64,000 nt of DNA from Terriglobia bacterium (GTDB lineage: Bacteria; Acidobacteriota; Terriglobia; Acidiferrales; UBA7541): assembly GCA_020073375.1 (NCBI GenBank), contig JAIQFG010000007.1, positions 30,762 through 94,761 on the forward strand. The letters run 5' to 3'. Below are positions 1-8,480 of the stretch, piece by piece. The notes under the pieces were generated by a model. The model saw only the letters and a list, made by a program, of their open reading frames with translations. It did not search any database and was not told the origin of the DNA. The number at the start of each line of letters is the position of its first letter. Position 1 is the stretch's first letter. A program made the translations under genes and the position numbers.

Positions 1-356
1 GCCAGAAGCTCCGCCGCGTCCCACGGCCGCGAAACGGCGTCGTCGGCTCCCAGGTCCAGGCCGAAAGCGCGGTTGTCCGCGCCCGCACCCACCAGCACAA
101 TCACGCGCACCGCGGCCGTGAGGGCGGAGCCGCGGATCGTAGCCAGCATTTCCCGCGCGCTCATCGAGCCTGAGCCCAGCAAGTCCGTATCCACCAAGAG
201 CAATTCCGCCCCCGTGTGCTGCAGTGCATCGAGGCTTTCGCGCGCCGTGGAAAAAACGGAGACTTCAAAGCCTCCCCCTTCCATGATGGCGGCCAGGGAA
301 GTTCGGCTCGCTTCATCCGCCTCGACGATTATTATTTTTTCTCGAGTATCATCCAT
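1..356 (-). CDS. Response-regulator receiver domain protein, N-terminal part (3' end lies beyond window start)
   Basis: Absent from the ORF track because it has no stop inside the window. Reverse-strand reading from ATG at 356 gives MDDTREKIIIVEADEASRTSLAAIMEGGGFEVSVFSTARESLDALQ...ELLLVDTDLLGSGSMSAREML...VIVLVGAG...LGADDAVSRPW. This is a CheY-like pattern with an acidic pocket and a phospho-acceptor Asp. The usual K-P is R-P here. Confidence 0.65.
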   Translation of the reverse strand, partial: MDDTREKIIIVEADEASRTSLAAIMEGGGFEVSVFSTARESLDALQHTGAELLLVDTDLLGSGSMSAREMLATIRGSALTAAVRVIVLVGAGADNRAFGLDLGADDAVSRPWDAAELL

Positions 357-528
357 GGATTTCCCCAGCCGCCGGAGACATCAGTCAATATCAAGGTAAA
401 GCCCAACCGCAGCATTCGGGATTTCCGCCTCGGCCCGAACTCGCGCATCGTACTCTCGCTTTGCCCTTCGCACAACGATCTGCATCCGTGATCGGGCGTC
501 ACTAGATCCGCTTCAATCCAAGCGAATA

Positions 529-1488
529 TCACGAACTGCCGATCAGAATTCCAATCGCGAACACCAGGACGCCGCCGACGACCACCTGGAATGCCGAAGA
601 AAGCAGCGGAGTATCCATGTACCGGTGGCGGACATAGCTGATGATGGCCAGTTCGATGGCGACTACGATCACCGCAGCGGCAAAAGCGACGTTGAAACTC
701 CCGATCAGGAAGGGAAGCGTATGCCCGATGCCTCCCGCCGCCGTCATCAGCCCGGTGACCAGGCCGCGCACCACGGGGCGGCCGCGCCCGGTGAGCGAGC
801 CATCATCGGACAGCGCCTCGGCAAAAGCCATGGAGATTCCCGCACCCAGCGAAGCGGCCGCGCCCACCAGAAATGCGTCCCGGCTATGGTGCGTGGCGAA
901 GGCCGCCGCAAAAATCGGCGCCAGCGTCGACACCGAGCCGTCCATCAAACCAGCCAGCCCCGGCTGAACCACCTGCAGCACAAAAAGCCGTCGCCCGGAT
1001 TTTTCTTCTTCCGCGCGCGCTCCCTGATCGAGATGCTTCTCTTCCAGTGATTCGGCAAACTTGGAATGCTGCCGCTCGATTTCCGCCAGGTCGCCGAGCA
1101 GTTTTCTGGTGGCAGCATCCGACACCTTGTGCAGCGCGTGCTCGTAGAAACGCCTCGTTTCCAGCTCCATGGCCTCCACTTGTTTGCGAACGGCACTGAG
1201 TCCGAGCGGCCGCACCAGCCACACGGGGCGGCGGTCAATGAAGCCCTTGACGTCCTGCCGGCGGATGAGCGGGATATGATCGCCGAACCGCTGGCGGTGC
1301 ATGTCAATGAGCGCCTGGCGGTGCCGCGATTCCTCGGCCTGCATCTCTTCAAATATTTTTGCCGTCGAGGGATAGGAATCGCGAAGCCCTTCCGCAAAAT
1401 CCGCGTAGACGCGGCTGTCTTCTTCCTCAAGTTGTATGGCGAGCGCAAGAATTTCCCGCTCGGTCAGATCCTTGAATCTCTTTGCCAT
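529..1488 (-). CDS. mbfA: Ferritin-like + VIT1/CCC1-domain membrane iron transporter (MbfA-like)
   Basis: ORF 529..1503. ATG at 1488 (MAKRFKDL) is preferred because GGGGGAGA lies 5 nt upstream. The N-terminal half carries ferritin/erythrin-like E-x-x-H motifs ([15 protein letters not shown]). The C-terminal half is a multi-TM VIT1/CCC1-type region ([21 protein letters not shown]...[11 protein letters not shown]). MbfA iron exporters have the same two-domain layout. Confidence 0.75.
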   Translation of the reverse strand: MAKRFKDLTEREILALAIQLEEEDSRVYADFAEGLRDSYPSTAKIFEEMQAEESRHRQALIDMHRQRFGDHIPLIRRQDVKGFIDRRPVWLVRPLGLSAVRKQVEAMELETRRFYEHALHKVSDAATRKLLGDLAEIERQHSKFAESLEEKHLDQGARAEEEKSGRRLFVLQVVQPGLAGLMDGSVSTLAPIFAAAFATHHSRDAFLVGAAASLGAGISMAFAEALSDDGSLTGRGRPVVRGLVTGLMTAAGGIGHTLPFLIGSFNVAFAAAVIVVAIELAIISYVRHRYMDTPLLSSAFQVVVGGVLVFAIGILIGSS

Positions 1489-1540
1489 GCTTGTCTCCCC
1501 CAACGAAAAGAACCATTATATCCGCACGGAGTCCGGTTTC

Positions 1541-1626
1541 TTGTAGGACAGACACTCTTGTCTGTCCGGTTTTCTGATCGGCCAGAAGAATCCAAACCGG
1601 ACAGACAAGTGCGTCTGTCCTACAAC
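1541..1626. repeat. Two 22-bp hairpin palindromes forming one ~85-bp inverted repeat (REP-like element or operator)
   Basis: GGACAGAC-actctt-GTCTGTCC at 1546-1567 and GGACAGAC-aagtgc-GTCTGTCC at 1599-1620. The flanks (ttgtag.../...ctacaa and ccggttt/aaaccgg) extend the pair into a larger inverted repeat. An extra GGACAGAC half-site lies at 1787-1794. Confidence 0.8.
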
Positions 1627-1822
1627 GATCTTGTCGCGCCTCGGACAATGTATTGTAGGCGAGGATACTTAATGCTAGACTCCCGCCACTTAAGTAATAA
1701 CAATGCAATTCGGGTGATGAAACCATGAATCCGATTGGCCGAGTGGCCCGTTCGATTTACTTGGTAGCACTGGCTGGGCATGTCCCGGACAGACGTTCCT
1801 TATATAAAGGAGAGTTCACCGC

Positions 1823-2932
1823 ATGAAACGATTCCGCATTGTGATTTCGCTTTCCGTGCTTGCAGTAGCGATTGTCGTGGGCGCGCTCGTGCTCCTGCCG
1901 CGGCGAACCGAAGGGCAGGGGCTCGCCGGAAGTCCGGAGCAACAGGCCGCACAAGCTGCACTTGAGGCCAACTATCCAAAACTGCAGATCAACGATCAAT
2001 ATCTGCATCTCAGCATTCCCGGCCAGACCATGGGCCAGACCACCGGCGTGGCCCTGAATTCCAAAGGCCACATGTTCGTCTACACCCGCACGCAGAACCA
2101 GGGCGTCGCGCGCGGCGGCAAGGCTGCCATGCTCTTTGAATTCGACGACAAGTACAAATTCGTCAAGGAGTGGGGCCCCAACAATTACGCCGAAGCATTT
2201 GCGCACGCCGTCCGCGTCGACAAGGACGATAACGTCTGGCAGGTGGACGAGGGCTCCGGCATGATCGTCAAGTACAACCCCGAAGCACAGCACATCTTCT
2301 GGCTCGGCCGCACCCCGGAAGCGATCGACTACCTGGAACGCAATCTTGAAGTCCTGCACTTCACCGCTCCCGCGAACCAACCCTCCAGGAATATCCACCC
2401 AACCGGCAGGATGGGCGATTTCGACCGCGAAACCGACGTTGCCTGGGACACGATGGGCAACATTTTTGTTTCCGACGGCTACGGCAACTCGCGTGTCGTC
2501 AAGATTTCGCCCGATGGCCATTGGCTGAAGGCAGTGGGAACCTGGGGCCATGACCAGGATCAGTTCGCCACTCCGCACAGCATCGCTGCGGACGCCCAAA
2601 ACAATATCTACGTCGCCGACCGCGGCAACCGCCGCATCCAGGTGTATGACGACAACCTCACCTATGAGAAAACCATCACCGGAGTTGGCGCGCCCTGGGA
2701 TCTCTGCGTCAGCGAAGGGTCGCCGCAATACTTGTTCAGCGGGGACGGCGCCTCGGGCAAAATCTTCAAGATGGATATGACTGGGAAAGTGGTCGGCATG
2801 TTCCAGACCGGTCAGGACCATGGCGAGGAAAACACCGGCGATTTGGTGCACGCGCTGGATTGCCGCAGTCCCAACACCGTCTACGTCGGCTCCGCCACGA
2901 TGTGGGATGTCCAGAAGGTCACGATCAAGTAA
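1823..2932 (+). CDS. Secreted NHL-repeat beta-propeller protein
   Basis: ATG preceded by AAGGAGAG. Signal/anchor MKRFRIVISLSVLAVAIVVGALVLL. Blade motifs GNIFVSDGYGNSRVVK and NNIYVADRGNRRIQVY are typical of NHL repeats. Confidence 0.8.
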   Translation: MKRFRIVISLSVLAVAIVVGALVLLPRRTEGQGLAGSPEQQAAQAALEANYPKLQINDQYLHLSIPGQTMGQTTGVALNSKGHMFVYTRTQNQGVARGGKAAMLFEFDDKYKFVKEWGPNNYAEAFAHAVRVDKDDNVWQVDEGSGMIVKYNPEAQHIFWLGRTPEAIDYLERNLEVLHFTAPANQPSRNIHPTGRMGDFDRETDVAWDTMGNIFVSDGYGNSRVVKISPDGHWLKAVGTWGHDQDQFATPHSIAADAQNNIYVADRGNRRIQVYDDNLTYEKTITGVGAPWDLCVSEGSPQYLFSGDGASGKIFKMDMTGKVVGMFQTGQDHGEENTGDLVHALDCRSPNTVYVGSATMWDVQKVTIK

Positions 2933-2956
2933 GATTTTCAGAACCTGAAACAAAAT

Positions 2957-2993
2957 GGGGCTCGAAGCATTGCTTCGAGCCCCTTTCCTTTTA
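2957..2993. terminator. Bidirectional rho-independent terminator between convergent genes
   Basis: GGGGCTCGAAGC-att-GCTTCGAGCCCC (2957-2983), followed by TTTCCTTTT on + and ATTTTGTTTC on -. It lies between stops at 2932 (+) and 3066 (-). Confidence 0.75.
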
Positions 2994-3065
2994 CTTTGCG
3001 GGTTCCAGCATAACTTTTTGGCTGACGTGCTGCTCCACTGCCGCCCGCTGTCCCATCGTCACGTC

Positions 3066-6000
3066 TTATTGAACTGTCATCGTCGCTGTTGCTTTCGATA
3101 CAATACTGCCGCTGGTCCCGGTGATGGTGAGGGTGAAGGTTCTCTTCCTTGTACTCGAAGTTGTAGTCACCGTGAGCGTGGAAGTCCCTGAGACGGCCAC
3201 CGAGGTTGGATTGAATACGGCCTTGGCGCCGCTAGGCACACCGCTGATGGTGAAGGTCTCGGTTCCCGTGAATCCAGCGCCCGCTTTCGTCGTGACCGTA
3301 TAGACGGCGGCCGTTCCTGCGGTGATCGTCTCGGCGGTTGGCGAAACGGCCACGGTAAACGTCCCGGTCAGGACCAGAGTTGCTGCCACCGAATGAACCT
3401 CGCTGCCGTCTGTACCCGTAATCGTAAGGGGGTAGGTCCCCACGGGAGAGGATGGGGTGGTGGCCACGGTCAAGGTTGTCGTGCCGCTGGTCGTTCTCGT
3501 TGCGGGACTGAAGCTGGCCGTGGCTCCCGGCGGTAGGCCAGTAACGCTGAAGGCGACCGTTCCGGAAAATCCGGTCTTCGTTGTCATGCTGGCGGAGTAC
3601 GTCGTGCTCTTTCCCTGCACAATGGTGCGCGACGCGGGCGTCTCCGTCATCGTGAACGTGGCCGCCGGCGAATTCACCACCAATGTCGAGGTCGCGCTGT
3701 GGGTCAGCGCTCCGCTCGTGCCCGTAATCGTCAGCGTGTAGGTGCCTGTCGGCGTGGTTCCCAGCGTGGTGATGCTAAGTGTGGAGGTTCCCGACCCCGT
3801 AACCGAAGTGGGGTTGAACGTCCCGGCCGCTCCGGCCGGCAATCCAGTCACGCTGAGTGAAACCGCCCCGCTAAAACCATTCACGGCCGTAACCGTTTGT
3901 GTGTACGAAGTGCCGGCGCCTTGCACCACGGCTTGCGAGCCGGGCGACGAAGCCAGAGTGAAGTCCGGCACCGGCACCGCATTCACCACCAGCGCCGAGG
4001 TTGCACTGTGCGTCAGCGCTCCGCTGGTCCCGGTAATCGTCAGTGTGTTTGTGCCGGTCGGTGTTGTTGCCAGCGTCGTTACCGATAGCGTCGATGTCCC
4101 GGAACCCGTGATGGAAGGGGGATTGAACGTTCCGGTCGCATCGGCCGGCAAACCGGTCACACCGAGTGAAACCGCTCCGTTGAAACCGTTCACGGCCGTA
4201 ACCGTTTGTGTGTACGTCGTGCCCGCGCCTTGCACCAACGACTGCGTCGACGGCGAAGAAGTCATGCTGAAATCGGGCGTGACCGTCGCGCTTACCATGA
4301 GTGTAATTGTCGTGGTATGGGTTAGCGTCCCGCTCGCGCCGGTAATCGTCAGCGTGTACGTGCCCGTTGGTGTCGTTGCCGCCGTTGAAACCGTCAGCGC
4401 CGAGGTTCCCGATCCCGTAATGCTGGATGGGCTGAAGGATGCGGTCGCGGCCGTGGGCAACCCGCTCACGCTGAGCGCCACCGCTCCGCTGAACCCGTTC
4501 GCTGCGGCCACGGCCGGCGAATACTCCGCGCTCCCTCCTTGCGCCACACTCTGTGACCCGGGCGCTGCCCCCAATGCGAAGTCAGCGGAGGGCGACGTGC
4601 CGCCGTAGACCTGTTGAATTTCGGACGCCGACAGAGCGCGGTTGTATAACTGCAAGTCGTCCATCTGGCCGCCGGAGAACGACGAGGTGCCGGCGCGCGA
4701 AAAGATATAGAGGGGATAAGTACCGAATTTTCCGGAATTATTGCTGTTGTAACTCTGCGACAGCGCGGTCTGCAGAACGCCGTCGATATAAAGGTTCACT
4801 TCACTGGCCGCCGCCTGGGTCATGTCATAGACGACCGCCAGATGATGCCAGACGCCCGACGTGGGCTGCGCAAAGCACTTGATGTTGTACCCAGTGTTGC
4901 CGTCGATACCGATTTCCATGGCTGTGACGCCGCAATCCGGGGCCTCGTCCGGGAAGAAGGCGAAGACGTCGCCGTAATTGTTGTAGTTGTCGCTGAATTC
5001 AAACAGTGTGTCGCCATTGGTGCCGCCGCTGCTGTAGGTCCGGTTGACCCATGCCGCGACGGTCACCGCGCTGGTCGCGCTCAGATTGATGGAAGCCGTC
5101 TTTGCATATTGATTCGTGTTATTCGCCGAAATCGCGTTCCCGATCTTGCCCGGCACCCAGGTCACGCCGTTAAACAGCGTGGTCGTGTAACCGCTGCCCG
5201 AGGAATCGGCCGCTGTCGTTCCCGAGCCCGCGTCGAACGTCCAATGGCCCACCAATCCGGACAAAGCGCCCGTAACGGTCAAAGTCACCGACCCGCTGAT
5301 GCCTCCGGCAGCGGCCTTGATCGTTGTGCTTCCCGGCGCGACCCCCGTCGCCAGGCCCGCGGCGGTGATCGTGGCCGCAGCCGGAGCCGATGACGTCCAA
5401 GTAACCGCGCCCGTGACATCTTGCGCGCTTGAATCGCTATAGATTCCGGTCGCGATGTACTGCTGCGAGCCGCCGGCGGTGATCGAGGAGTTTCCAGGTG
5501 TCAGCGCAATGGAGACGAGCGTTGGCCCGCTTGAGCTGAGCACCAGAAGATTCGCGGTCGAACTGTGAGTCAAGCTTCCGCTGGTTCCCGTGATGGTGAT
5601 TGTGTATCCGCCCGTGGTTGCCGTGCCGGACGCCGAAAGATTCAGCGCGGTCGACCCGGACCCCGTGACCGAAGCGGGGTTGAATGCTCCGGTCACTCCG
5701 GCCGGCAGGCCACTGACGCTGAACGCGATCGAGCCGCTGAACCCGCCCAGGCTCGCGGACGTGGTCGTGAAGCTGGTGCTGTTGCCCTGAATCACGTTTT
5801 GCGATCCGGGCGAGGTGGATATCGAAAAGTCAACCGGGGCGTTAACAACCAGCGATACGGTGGTTGTATGGGCCAGTGCGCCGCTGGTGCCTGAAATCGT
5901 CAGCGTAAACGTTCCGGTAGGCGTCGTCGCCAAAGTCGTGATGTTCAGTGTGGAGGTTCCTGACCCGCTGATGGACGTCGGGCTGAACGATGCCGAGGCC

Positions 6001-7910
6001 CCGGTAGGAAGGCCGCTGACACTCAGGGCAACCGTGGCGGTAAACCCAGTCCCCGGCGTGACGGTGGTCGTATAGGAAGTGCCGCCGCCCTGGGGAACCG
6101 GCTGGGAGGCCGGCGTGGCAGACAACGAAAAATTCGGTGTCACGGTAATGGTTCGCGTCGGCGGGTTGGGGTCGCTCAGGCCATTGTTGTCGGTCACCGT
6201 CAGCGAAGCCACATCCGTCCCCACAGCCGAGAATGTCACGGGGCCGGGATTTTGCACGCTGCTTGTGCCGGGAGTTCCGCCGGGAAATACCCAGGAATAG
6301 CCGGTAATCGAGCCGTTGGGATTAGGGTCCGTTCCCGTACCCGCGAACGTGACGGATTGCCCCGCGCCGATCGTCACATTGCCGGCCGGGCTGGTGATCG
6401 ACCCCGTGGGAGGCTGCAGCGACCCCGTCACCGGCAATTGCACAAACCTTGCCACCGAGGGCACGCCCGAGGAATTCACCAGGAACAGCATGTAGTATCC
6501 GGGCGGCGCGATGTTGCTGTTCGGCGGCCCGGTAATGTTAAGAACCCCGCTTCCGGCCGTGAACGACAAACCCACCAGGCGTTGGTCCATGTTGAACGCG
6601 TGTGTGTCCGCACCCGTCTTCACCAGGACGACGGAAGCGATGCTCGCCGCGTCCGGGGTCTGCACCTGGAAGGCGCTCGCATAATTCATAGTGCTGGAGC
6701 TGACGCTTGCAATGGATGGCCGCGTCGCCGGGATCACCTGACCGCTCCCATTCGTTGTGAACAGGTACGCCGGAGAATAGATTTCCATGCTCGGCTCATA
6801 ATTGCCGCGCGAAGGATTGCTGCCCGCAACCCAGACGGTGGCATCCGGCAGCAGCAGCGCAACCGAGTGGTATAGCCGCGCGTGGTTGCTGGTGCCTGCG
6901 GCGCTGAAGCTTCCGTTCGCGCCGGCGTTCGGATCGTAAAGGTCGGCGTTCAGGGCGGCCGTGCCGCTATCCTCATCGTTGGTGGATCCGCCCAGTGCGA
7001 GCACTTTGCCCGTAGGCAGCATCACGGCGCTCATTTCAATCCGGGGATGCGACATCGAAGGGCCGTTTACCCATTTCGGGCTGCTCGCGGAAAGGTCGAT
7101 GAGTTCGGTTGTCGCCGTCGCGGGGTTTGCCCCGCCCATGATCATGACCACGGGTTTGTATCCGTTTGCAGGGATAAGCGGGAGCAGCACGGAACTGCCG
7201 TAGGTCCGCGTCCCGCCAAAGTTCGTCGTCGCCACGCTCGTCGTCCAGGTATTGGTCGAAGGATCAAAGATATTGGAAACGGGGCTGGACCCCGAATCGA
7301 AAACCTTGCCGCTGGGCAATAGATGAAGCCACGGGTACAGTGGCGGAGTGAACGGAGCGGCATAAGCGGGGCTCCATCCCGACGAAATACTGTAAATCTC
7401 CACAGTCGAATTGGTATTCCCCGTGTCGCCCAGCCCGGAAAACGTCATGATCCGGCCGTCGCCCAGCTCGACCACGGATGGATACCAGCGCCCGTGCGCC
7501 ATGTTCTGCAGGTCGGTAAATTGCTGCGTGGCGGGATTGAAGGCCGCGGACTTGCGCGACCCGAAAAAGGGATCGTACTGGATCGTCCCGCCATTGACGA
7601 ACACCCGCCCGTCGGGCAGGCTCACGGTTCCGTTGCACCACATGTCCCAGGTCAGTGTTTGCTGCGTGATGGTTCCGGCCTGGGGATCCCAAACCGACGC
7701 CAGGTAGTTGGTGTTCCCGGCAACCCATCCGGAACCCGATACCACCAGGACTTTTCCGGTGTTCAGCAAGGCCGCATGGACCGGATTCATCGGCATCTGG
7801 TACGGCAGCGTCACCCACTGGCCAACCACGTTTGCCTGCGCCCGCGACGAAGAGACCCAGAGAAACGGCACGAGAAAGACCAACGCAATTCGCGGAAATA
7901 GCCGCTTCAT
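3066..7910 (-). CDS. Giant secreted galactose/glyoxal-oxidase-like (radical copper oxidase-type) protein with PKD, Big_2, LamG and seven Ig-like repeat domains
   Basis: ORF 3066..7922. ATG 7910 (MKRLFPRIALVFLV) is preferred, with GGAGA 5 nt upstream. Signal peptide present. The N-terminal ~500 aa has Kelch-like blades plus W-C-N-G, R-W-Y-P-S, Y-H-S and T-H-A-F-N motifs. Then come a PKD-like domain (TGTDPNPNGSITGYSW) and 2 Ig-like repeats. Next are a Big_2-like domain (LVSIALTPGNSSITAGGSQQY) and a LamG/ConA-like domain (WHHLAVVYD...LYIDGVL...MDDLQLYNRALS). Five more Ig-like repeats follow. Confidence 0.85.
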   Translation of the reverse strand: MKRLFPRIALVFLVPFLWVSSSRAQANVVGQWVTLPYQMPMNPVHAALLNTGKVLVVSGSGWVAGNTNYLASVWDPQAGTITQQTLTWDMWCNGTVSLPDGRVFVNGGTIQYDPFFGSRKSAAFNPATQQFTDLQNMAHGRWYPSVVELGDGRIMTFSGLGDTGNTNSTVEIYSISSGWSPAYAAPFTPPLYPWLHLLPSGKVFDSGSSPVSNIFDPSTNTWTTSVATTNFGGTRTYGSSVLLPLIPANGYKPVVMIMGGANPATATTELIDLSASSPKWVNGPSMSHPRIEMSAVMLPTGKVLALGGSTNDEDSGTAALNADLYDPNAGANGSFSAAGTSNHARLYHSVALLLPDATVWVAGSNPSRGNYEPSMEIYSPAYLFTTNGSGQVIPATRPSIASVSSSTMNYASAFQVQTPDAASIASVVLVKTGADTHAFNMDQRLVGLSFTAGSGVLNITGPPNSNIAPPGYYMLFLVNSSGVPSVARFVQLPVTGSLQPPTGSITSPAGNVTIGAGQSVTFAGTGTDPNPNGSITGYSWVFPGGTPGTSSVQNPGPVTFSAVGTDVASLTVTDNNGLSDPNPPTRTITVTPNFSLSATPASQPVPQGGGTSYTTTVTPGTGFTATVALSVSGLPTGASASFSPTSISGSGTSTLNITTLATTPTGTFTLTISGTSGALAHTTTVSLVVNAPVDFSISTSPGSQNVIQGNSTSFTTTSASLGGFSGSIAFSVSGLPAGVTGAFNPASVTGSGSTALNLSASGTATTGGYTITITGTSGSLTHSSTANLLVLSSSGPTLVSIALTPGNSSITAGGSQQYIATGIYSDSSAQDVTGAVTWTSSAPAAATITAAGLATGVAPGSTTIKAAAGGISGSVTLTVTGALSGLVGHWTFDAGSGTTAADSSGSGYTTTLFNGVTWVPGKIGNAISANNTNQYAKTASINLSATSAVTVAAWVNRTYSSGGTNGDTLFEFSDNYNNYGDVFAFFPDEAPDCGVTAMEIGIDGNTGYNIKCFAQPTSGVWHHLAVVYDMTQAAASEVNLYIDGVLQTALSQSYNSNNSGKFGTYPLYIFSRAGTSSFSGGQMDDLQLYNRALSASEIQQVYGGTSPSADFALGAAPGSQSVAQGGSAEYSPAVAAANGFSGAVALSVSGLPTAATASFSPSSITGSGTSALTVSTAATTPTGTYTLTITGASGTLTHTTTITLMVSATVTPDFSMTSSPSTQSLVQGAGTTYTQTVTAVNGFNGAVSLGVTGLPADATGTFNPPSITGSGTSTLSVTTLATTPTGTNTLTITGTSGALTHSATSALVVNAVPVPDFTLASSPGSQAVVQGAGTSYTQTVTAVNGFSGAVSLSVTGLPAGAAGTFNPTSVTGSGTSTLSITTLGTTPTGTYTLTITGTSGALTHSATSTLVVNSPAATFTMTETPASRTIVQGKSTTYSASMTTKTGFSGTVAFSVTGLPPGATASFSPATRTTSGTTTLTVATTPSSPVGTYPLTITGTDGSEVHSVAATLVLTGTFTVAVSPTAETITAGTAAVYTVTTKAGAGFTGTETFTISGVPSGAKAVFNPTSVAVSGTSTLTVTTTSSTRKRTFTLTITGTSGSIVSKATATMTVQ
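3069..4590. repeat. Five tandem ~0.3-kb coding repeats (Ig-like modules) at the 3' end of the giant gene
   Basis: Protein units of ~100 aa recur with the pattern F(S/T)(L/M)...P.SQ.V.QG...Y...VT...GF.G.V.LSV.GLP.GA...F.P.S..GSGTSTL...T...TP.GTYTLTITGTSG.L.HS. At DNA level the 28-nt string ttcacggccgtaaccgtttgtgtgtacg occurs at both 3880 and 4189. Confidence 0.85.
5537..6134. repeat. Two further copies of the same Ig-like coding repeat, upstream of the Big_2/LamG segment
   Basis: The units NFSLSATPASQPVPQGGGTSYTTTVTPGTGF... and DFSISTSPGSQNVIQGNSTSFTTTSASLGGF... share the repeat consensus of 3069-4590. Confidence 0.8.
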
Positions 7911-8480
7911 CTTTGTCTCCAACGAAAGGAAAAACGGACCCGATAACTGCCCCTGAATTCCGAGCCCCCCGAACTATCCCCTGAAAGCTGTCCAGAAGGT
8001 GCGCCGTCTGTTCCCGGCGCGAACAAAATTAGTTGAAAGCGAGAGCCGCAATTGGATCATTCACGGCACACAACTCCCCCCGCCCCATTTCCATGCGCGC
8101 AATTGGACTGCCATTGATTCAGAGATTCTCATGTAAGTTTATTGCCCACTTATCTTTAGGTTAGAAGGTGTGCACGAATGTGGATAAGTAAATTTGCAAG
8201 ACGGAGGTCGCGAAAGAGGAAATCCGCGTCAGAAAATGCGCAGCAATAGTTACAATTCTGAAATTCAATTTTGCGTCCTTTGCGGCCGTACATTGGTATA
8301 GATTGGCGGCATCTGCTGAACGGTCGTTCTTCTCCGGCCGACAGTCCCCAACCCTGGTTGCACCTAATTCCAGGCCGTTCCCCGACGTTCGCCCTTGGAC
8401 TTGACGGGGCGCCTGGTGTATGGTCTTGGCCGAATGCAAAACCAAATTCGGAAATTCCATTGATCGTGGAGGGATTTGGC

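Noticed and set aside
1757-2953. 398-aa minus-strand ORF antisense to the NHL gene
   Set aside because: No recognisable motifs and no SD. It fully overlaps a plus-strand gene with an SD, a signal peptide and NHL blades.
3742-4608. 288-aa plus-strand ORF with its own internal repeats (VPVGVV...)
   Set aside because: Its repeats merely mirror the tandem Ig-like coding repeats of the minus-strand giant gene. It is Val/Pro-rich low-complexity sequence with no start context.
3069-6134. Regular ~0.3-kb repeats considered as a possible CRISPR or satellite array
   Set aside because: The period is far too long and there is no repeat/spacer alternation. The repeats are in-frame protein modules of one continuous ORF.
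8271-8480. N-terminal extensions of track ORFs (8271, 15213, 22071, 23173, 35583, 37907, 43077, 49939, 51185, 56123, 58051, 58635)
   Set aside because: In each case an internal ATG has a GGAG-type SD and yields a proper signal peptide or the canonical family N-terminus. The extensions overlap neighbouring genes or lack start context.
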